Positions 58,657 to 64,000 of a stretch of DNA of 64,000 bases are shown piece after piece. The first letter of the stretch is position 1, and each line of letters starts with the position of its first letter. The position numbers were made by a program, and so were the translations under genes. The stretch spans positions 115,354-179,353 of the forward strand of contig CAUQTY010000005.1 of the NCBI GenBank assembly GCA_963521395.1, in the 5' to 3' direction. The DNA is from an uncultured Sphingomonas sp. GTDB taxonomy: Bacteria; Pseudomonadota; Alphaproteobacteria; Sphingomonadales; Sphingomonadaceae. The notes below the pieces were generated by a model, which saw only the letters and a list, made by a program, of their open reading frames with translations, was not told where the DNA came from and ran no database searches.

Positions 58657-59397
58657 TTATTGCTCTCCCCAGAATACTTTCTTGATGAAATTCAACCCTT
58701 CCCAGCCCTCTTGCTGCCACACCTGAAAAGGAGTGCGTGCTCCGATTGCACTGCCCTCCGCCCAACTCCTTCGCCACCAAGCAGCATAGCCTCGTGGTCT
58801 GACGTGAAGTCTAAGTGCCTCGTGGAAGATTAAGACGCGTCTGAGCTGCAGCAGCACATCAGCGGTGACCGCGACCTCGTGATGGCGCCACGACAGAAGA
58901 TAGCCCACCTCGACGCCCAACATCTGCTCAAAGGTCTCGTCGTCCATGTCCCAAGCGGCGGGAATAAGATCTAAGCAGCTCTCCAGATCCTTAGCGATGT
59001 CGCGCTTCGACCCGCTCATTTCGAACCTGAAGCCAAGAGGGTCGGTCGGGTGAGCTTGTGCTATCTTAACGACATCGTTGAGTAGGCTCAGCGCCCAGAA
59101 TCCACCTTCCTCGAGGTACATTAGTGGGGGAGCACCCCCGAACTCATCGAAGATGGAGCTGTGGTTCAACCACCGACCCACCGCTTCTTCTGACCCGAGC
59201 ACACTAACCAGCCCCGTGACGAGCTCGTGAAACAGTTCGGCCCGGTCCAGTTCAGGCCCATTGAACGGAAGCAGCTCGTCCTGCCGTGACGAAGGGCGCT
59301 CGAGAATACTGTAGAAGGCGTAGTCTTGGCCAGTGTGGTCGATTGTGAAATTGAACATCCATTCGCGGAGGAGTTCTGGATCGATACCTTCTGACAT
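58657..59397 (-). CDS. Protein with two Xre/MbcA/ParS-type antitoxin C-terminal-like domains
   Basis: GGAGAAGG RBS then MSEGIDP; LGSEEAVGRWLNH..FGGAPPLMYLEEGG, and an HTH-like segment followed by AAWWRR..IGARTPFQVWQQEG. Confidence 0.6.
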   Translation of the reverse strand: MSEGIDPELLREWMFNFTIDHTGQDYAFYSILERPSSRQDELLPFNGPELDRAELFHELVTGLVSVLGSEEAVGRWLNHSSIFDEFGGAPPLMYLEEGGFWALSLLNDVVKIAQAHPTDPLGFRFEMSGSKRDIAKDLESCLDLIPAAWDMDDETFEQMLGVEVGYLLSWRHHEVAVTADVLLQLRRVLIFHEALRLHVRPRGYAAWWRRSWAEGSAIGARTPFQVWQQEGWEGLNFIKKVFWGEQ

Positions 59398-59714
59398 GCC
59401 ACCTTCTCCACACCGACGTCTAAGGCCGGACTTCCGAATGTGCAGGAGGCGGACCGGGACCGAGCCGGGTGTTGGAAACCTGGACTTACGCACAGGCGCC
59501 GCCGCCTTTGGGCGGTGCCTTGGACATGCGCGACGGCCACCCGGCCAGAATGACCGGTGTCGTAAGTTCAGGGGTTTCCACGCCCCGCCGGCGAGCTTTT
59601 CTACGCCGACAAAATGATGCTTACAGAACCTCGACCAGCCTGCAAGCTTGCTTGCGAGGATTTATAGATTCACTCAGGAACCTTGAGGTCCGGCCTTTTC
59701 CGCCTTCGGCGGTT

Positions 59715-59766
59715 GCGTGCGTTGGATTTGCAAAGTGCAGTGGCGCTTTGCAAATCCAACGCACGC
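59715..59766. repeat. Perfect 21-bp inverted repeat near the island end
   Basis: GCGTGCGTTGGATTTGCAAAG (59715-59735), 10-nt spacer, CTTTGCAAATCCAACGCACGC (59746-59766). Confidence 0.95.
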
Positions 59767-59854
59767 TCTGGAGAACTTTGAGTAGGTGGTTTGAGTAGCA
59801 CTACTGATGCAAAGCACGGATTTTGCGGTAGAATTAGCAGAGCGGGGCGAGGAA

Positions 59855-60727
59855 GAGATCAATGCCGCGCTTCTGTCCCGCGCGCAGGTGCTGGTCCTGC
59901 ACCGCCTCGACGAGCCCGCACTGGCAACGCTACTGGAGCGCGCCGAAGCTATTACGGGCAAGCCCCTGCCCCTTGCCGACGACGCCCGCGCCGCGCTGAT
60001 CGCGAGCGCCGATGGCGACGGCCGCTTTCTCCTCAACCAGGCCGAGATGCTGTTCGCCGCCAGGCTCGACCAGCCGCTCGACACCGCCGCCCTGCGCGAA
60101 CTCATCCAGCGCCGCCTGCCGGTCTACGACAAGGATCGCGAAGGCCATTACGGCCTCATCTCCGCGCTCCACAAGTCGATCCGCGGCTCCGACCCGGATG
60201 CCGCCCTCTACTATCTCGCGCGCATGCTGACCGCCGGCGAGGAGCCGCTGTACCTCCTTCGCCGCCTCACCCGCGCCGCCGTCGAGGACATCGGCCTAGC
60301 CGATCCGCAGGCAGTGGTGCAGTGCATGGCGGCCAAGGACACCTACGACTTCCTCGGCTCTCCCGAAGGCGAACTCGCCATCGTCCAGGCATGCCTCTAT
60401 CTCGCCACCGCGCCTAAATCGAACGCGCTCTACGTGGCGCAGAAGGAAGCGTGGGCAAGCGCCAGGGAGCATGGCTCGCTTTCCCCGCCCAAGCATATCC
60501 TCGGTGCGCCGACGAAGCTCATGCGGGACCTCGGACACGGCAAGGGCTATGCCTACGACCATGATGCGCCGGACGCCTTCTCGGGCCAGAACTACTGGCC
60601 CGAGGAGATGAGCCCGCAGACCTACTACCGTCCCACCGAGCGCGGTTTCGAAAAACGCCTTGCCGAGCGGCTCGCGTGGTGGAACGACATGCGCAGGCAA
60701 CAGCAGCAGCAAGGGGAGCGAAGCTGA
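59855..60727 (+). pseudogene. rarA: Replication-associated recombination protein A, 5'-truncated (no Walker A/B)
   Basis: Homology begins at EINAALLSRAQV (normally ENPSFE.N.ALLSR); YDKDREGHYGLISALHKSIRGSDPDAALY; EDIGLADP; APKSNA; PTERGFE. Confidence 0.88.
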
Positions 60728-62046
60728 TGTATCCACCATCCACGACCGAAAGCTGGCGGGCCGAACTCGTCGAATGGGCACCGCGCATTGCGGTTGCGCT
60801 GGTCATCATCGTGGCGACCTGGGCAATTGCCCGGGCGGCCAAATGGGCGCTGGCCAAGGCGATCAGCCGCACCCCTGCCCTCCAGAAGCACACGCCCGGC
60901 AATGCGCACGAGACGGTGGGGGATCAGATCGGCACCATCGCCAAGCTGCTGGTCTGGCTGGTCGGCATCATGGCCGCGCTCAACTTCCTTCAGATTGGCC
61001 AGATCCTGGCGCCGGTAAACACCCTCACTAACGACATCTTTGCCTTCCTGCCGCGGCTGATCGGTGCGGGCCTCCTGTTCTTTGTCATGCTGATCGTCGC
61101 CCGCATCGTGCGGCGCCTGATCGAGACGCTGCTGAGCGCGCTCAACGTCGACGGCTGGCTGGCCCGAATCGGCCTTGGCGATCATCCGCCCACCGTCCGC
61201 CAGAACCCCGATGCAGTTCCGCCGGGCGCCGCGCCGGCCGCGACCCGCGCAACCGTGGCGCGCGCCGGCGGCATCCTCGCCTTTGCCGTGATCATCATCC
61301 CCTCGGCCATCGCGGCGCTGCAGGTGCTCGGGATCGAGGCCATCAGCGGCCCGGCGGTGGCCATGCTGAACGACATCCTGGCCGCCATTCCGCGCATCCT
61401 GACGGCCGCCCTGTGGCTCGGCATCGCCTTCATCGCCGCCAAGTTCCTGAAGTCGATCATCGAGGCGATCCTGCCGCCGACCGGCTTCGACGATGCGCTG
61501 CGCTCCACCGGCGTGCTGCCCGTCACCACCACGCCAAGCCGGATCGTCGCCAACGTCGCCTTTGTCGCCATCATGCTGGCGGCCGCGATCGAGGCCGCGC
61601 ACCAGCTTGGCGGAGATACGGTGGCGATCTTCCTGGTCCAGGTCACCAGCCTCGGCTCCAAGGTGATCTTTGGCACCCTGATCATTGTCGCCGGCATCTT
61701 CCTCGCCCGGCTGCTCGCTAACCTCGTCGGCTCGTCGACCGGCGAAGGCGGCTTTGCGCAGACCATCGTCCGCCACGCGATCATCGCCCTGTTCACCGCC
61801 ATTGGCCTCACCTTCATGGGTCTGGCTGACGTCATCGTTTACATGGCGTTCGGGCTGATCCTCGGTGCGGGCGCGATCGCCACGGCGCTGGCCTTCGGTC
61901 TTGGCGGGCGCGAAGCGGCGGGCCGCATCCTCAACCATTATGCCGACCGCATCACCGGGCCGCGGCCACCCCAGGCCCCACGTCGCCCGGCTCGCCTGGA
62001 AGGCACCAAGGAAACCCCGAGCGGCGACGGAGGAACGCTGATCTGA
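60727..62046 (+). CDS. CmpX-like TM-helix-repeat membrane protein (mechanosensitive channel-related)
   Basis: Repeated PRI..A.. TM units; ALAFGLGGREAA; TGATG coupling to rarA. Confidence 0.85.
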   Translation: MYPPSTTESWRAELVEWAPRIAVALVIIVATWAIARAAKWALAKAISRTPALQKHTPGNAHETVGDQIGTIAKLLVWLVGIMAALNFLQIGQILAPVNTLTNDIFAFLPRLIGAGLLFFVMLIVARIVRRLIETLLSALNVDGWLARIGLGDHPPTVRQNPDAVPPGAAPAATRATVARAGGILAFAVIIIPSAIAALQVLGIEAISGPAVAMLNDILAAIPRILTAALWLGIAFIAAKFLKSIIEAILPPTGFDDALRSTGVLPVTTTPSRIVANVAFVAIMLAAAIEAAHQLGGDTVAIFLVQVTSLGSKVIFGTLIIVAGIFLARLLANLVGSSTGEGGFAQTIVRHAIIALFTAIGLTFMGLADVIVYMAFGLILGAGAIATALAFGLGGREAAGRILNHYADRITGPRPPQAPRRPARLEGTKETPSGDGGTLI

Positions 62047-62891
62047 GGGGGTTCACCCGCACTGTCGCCATCGACTGGTCAGGCGCGAAAGGCAGGCGGC
62101 ACCGGGGGATCGCCATCGCCGCCTGCGGGTCCAGCGGGCCGCCACGCCTGGTTCGCCCCGGCCACGTGTGGAGCCGGACGGAGGTGGCCGACTGGTTGGT
62201 CGCGCAAGCGGCGCGTGAGCCGACCCTGTTCGGCTTCGACTTCTCCTTTGCGCCCCCCTTTGCCGAGCGCGGCGCCTACCTGCCGGGCGAGGCGGACGTG
62301 CCTGAGAACGCCCGCGACTTCTGGGCCTATGTCGATGCCAAGGCACCCGACGAGGACCTCGGCGCCGCAAGCTTCCTGGAGCAGGTTCACCGCCCCCACT
62401 TCTATTTCGGGATCGCCGACGGGGTGAAGGCCGACTTCGTCCGCTTTCGCCAATGCGACCACCGGCTCAACGCCGCGGGCGGGCGCAAGACCGCCAGTGC
62501 CTATGATGCCATCGGCGCGGCGCAGGTCGCCAAGGCGAGCTTCGCCGGCATGCGCCTCCTCCACCGCATCAGCGGCAAGGTCGCGGTCTGGCCAATGGAT
62601 CCGCTTCGTCCCGGCGATAGCGCGGTGGTGGAGATCTACACCCGGATCTACCTGCGCAACGCTGGCCTGTCCGGCACCAAGCTTCGCACGCGGACTGATC
62701 TCAACCTTGCACTACGTGCTCTGGGCAGCCCGCCCGCCCGGCTCCGCTTCGAGCCCGATGATCACCAGACCGATGCACTGGTCACCGCTGCCGGGATGCG
62801 CGCGCACCTACAGCATCCCGATGCATTCAGCCCGCCGGGCCTCACACCGCAGCTCGCACGCACCGAGGGCTGGACCTTCGGCATCGTCTGA
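62043..62891 (+). CDS. DUF429-like RNase H-fold hypothetical protein
   Basis: The frame extends upstream of the listed start to VAIDWSGA (probable CTG start overlapping the upstream TGA); GFDFSF; VEIY; DHQTDA; EGWTFG. Confidence 0.7.
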   Translation: MRGFTRTVAIDWSGAKGRRHRGIAIAACGSSGPPRLVRPGHVWSRTEVADWLVAQAAREPTLFGFDFSFAPPFAERGAYLPGEADVPENARDFWAYVDAKAPDEDLGAASFLEQVHRPHFYFGIADGVKADFVRFRQCDHRLNAAGGRKTASAYDAIGAAQVAKASFAGMRLLHRISGKVAVWPMDPLRPGDSAVVEIYTRIYLRNAGLSGTKLRTRTDLNLALRALGSPPARLRFEPDDHQTDALVTAAGMRAHLQHPDAFSPPGLTPQLARTEGWTFGIV

Positions 62892-62908
62892 GCCAAGAGG
62901 CGGCCCGC

Positions 62909-62984
62909 GCCGGTTTAGCTCAGTTGGTAGAGCAGCGGTTTTGTAAACCGAAGGTCGCGGGTTCGAATCCTGCAACCGGCACCA
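62909..62984 (+). tRNA. tRNA-Thr (anticodon UGU)
   Basis: GCCGGTT/AACCGGC acceptor stem; TAGCTCAGTTGGTAGAGC D-arm; TTTGTAA anticodon loop; GGTTCGAATCC; encoded CCA. Confidence 0.97.
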
Positions 62985-63159
62985 ATCTTTTCAACGACTT
63001 GGCCTAGGTATGCGGTTAAACCGTGTTGCGAGCCATGGTCGTGTTGTTCCGCAGTTTTCCGCCGAATTCAATTCGCTCCCGCCGACTCCGTGCAACACAG
63101 ATGCAACACAGCGCAGGATCTTTGTTCACGAATCGTTCGCTGTCGCTTACTCTCTCGGG

Positions 63160-63393
63160 GTGAGCAGAGACGAAAAGCGACCCAGCCTTATCGCCAGCGG
63201 CCCTTCCATTCTCCGCATTGGCTTTGACCCTGCGGCTTTCGCCAAGCTCTTGCCCGATCAGCAGCAGGAGTTTGTCCGCTGGCACGTGGCCCGCGTTCTG
63301 AATGGTCAGGAAAGCGCAGTGGCCGAATGGGAGCGCATGGGTCTGAAGGTTTATTTGAGGCCTTGGGAACGATTCCTTCCTCATGCAAGCTAG
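63160..63393 (+). CDS. Small hypothetical protein
   Basis: Protein-like stretch from GTG 63160 to the TAG; no recognisable family. Confidence 0.35.
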   Translation: MSRDEKRPSLIASGPSILRIGFDPAAFAKLLPDQQQEFVRWHVARVLNGQESAVAEWERMGLKVYLRPWERFLPHAS

Positions 63394-63470
63394 TGTCCGC
63401 AATTGGCCGAAAGCGGAACGGCAGCTTGTGCGCGAGTGCAGCGAAAACCGGACAATCGATCAGCTAGCGG
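63394..63470 (+). repeat. Junction repeat, copy F (variant)
   Basis: TGTCCGCAATTGGCCGAAAGCGGAACGGCAGCTT resembles the core plus the following unit (AAGCGGAACGGCTGCTTT in copy C). Confidence 0.55.
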
Positions 63471-63577
63471 TTTAATCCACAATGACCCCCTCGGACGCTC
63501 AGGCTTCGATCGCGACCGCCCAAGAGCGGACGCTGCCCATCAGCAGAGAGGTACATCCGCCGTCGGATGCTGCCAAA

Positions 63578-64000
63578 CTATAGATCGTCAGCGGGTTCGC
63601 TTTCGGTTTCGGCCGGAGCCTCGGGAACACGTGAACTTGGTTCAGTCTCGGAGCCGCGATACTGCTCCAGATAGGTGTAGCGCTCCCTCGTGTAACGCGC
63701 GTCGCAGCTAAGCCGCGCAGCTTCCATCTCGGCTGAAACCGTGGATGTTCGAGCTCCCTCCAACTTACAATCCGCATCCTTCTTGCGGCCCCAGGTTCGC
63801 TGGGCGGACAGAAGCTGGCTGCGAGACGTCGCTGGAAGCTGCTGCCACAGGACGTTGATTGCCTGATTTGCAAGCTTGCTTTCCGCTTGCGCACTTTCGA
63901 GGGTCAGTTGCTGACCTTCGGCAAGCGCTTGCTCCTCAGCGGAACGTTGCTGTGATTGTTCGGCTTCTAGGTTGCGCTGACCATCCTCTAGGCGGGTGCG
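63578..64000 (-). CDS. LprI (DUF1311)-like domain protein, 5' end outside the window
   Basis: Open frame from the window edge: ..ANQAINVLWQQL..RSQLLSAQRTWGRKKDADC..RLSCDARYTRERYTYL. Confidence 0.75.
   Translation of the reverse strand, partial: RTRLEDGQRNLEAEQSQQRSAEEQALAEGQQLTLESAQAESKLANQAINVLWQQLPATSRSQLLSAQRTWGRKKDADCKLEGARTSTVSAEMEAARLSCDARYTRERYTYLEQYRGSETEPSSRVPEAPAETESEPADDL

Larger units (their letters stand above)
1..59854. mobile_element. Right portion of a putative genomic island ending inside rarA (left end and recombinase outside the window)
   Basis: Accessory cargo, CBASS and pseudogenes, then an abrupt switch into the middle of a core gene at ~59855. Confidence 0.6.

Noticed and set aside
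57950..58780. Short ORFs upstream of the CD-NTase as CBASS regulators (CapW, CapH/CapP)
   Set aside because: No WYL, HTH or metallopeptidase motifs recognisable
60697..60713. Poly-Gln run at the RarA C-terminus (and poly-Ala runs near 26300 and 41190)
   Set aside because: Short low-complexity tails with mixed codons; no evidence of a phase-variable repeat
60625..61938. 437-aa minus-strand ORF, and similar long antisense ORFs (14667-15746, 27118-28092, 28047-28931, 35875-36816)
   Set aside because: Shadow frames of well-supported genes in GC-rich DNA; no motifs
1178..63470. Junction repeats as a CRISPR array
   Set aside because: They are degenerate and kilobases apart, with no spacer periodicity and no cas genes
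1..64000. Integrase, transposase, relaxase or phage genes
   Set aside because: None recognisable in the window; mobility is inferred only from boundaries and cargo

Overview
GC-rich alphaproteobacterial DNA; the gene content points to a sphingomonad. About 59.8 kb of the window looks like the right part of a large accessory island. Its end lies inside rarA (mgsA), of which only the 3' part is present (from ~59,855). A short core-like stretch follows (CmpX-like membrane protein, DUF429-like protein, tRNA-Thr(UGU)), then what looks like the start of a second insertion after the tRNA. The island is a string of modules: (1) an excalibur/lipoprotein/SNase-like operon; (2) an MHYT hybrid kinase interrupted by two tandem in-frame TAG codons; (3) a ~34-kb catabolic cluster (4.7-38.6 kb); (4) two OmpR/EnvZ-type two-component systems with envelope genes; (5) a multi-PAS hybrid kinase; (6) a type II CBASS (CD-NTase, Cap2, Cap3) with a convergent Cap15-like effector; (7) an orphan double Xre/MbcA/ParS-type antitoxin. 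The catabolic cluster has a CYP101-family P450 with ferredoxin and reductase, two SDRs, a diketocamphane-type (type II) Baeyer-Villiger monooxygenase with flavin reductase, candidate lactonases, CoA ligases, a heteromeric acyl-CoA dehydrogenase, an Ltp3/Ltp4/DUF35 retro-aldolase set, an atypical multi-part biotin carboxylase and beta-oxidation enzymes. A shared palindromic operator and a TetR regulator tie it together. The best inference is a complete 1,8-cineole/bicyclic monoterpenoid pathway, including a lower pathway that to my knowledge is genetically uncharacterised. A degenerate ~130-bp repeat (core TGGTGGNRAGCGGA) sits in the same orientation at almost every module junction. All calls come from reading motifs and from recalled family sequences; no database search was run.
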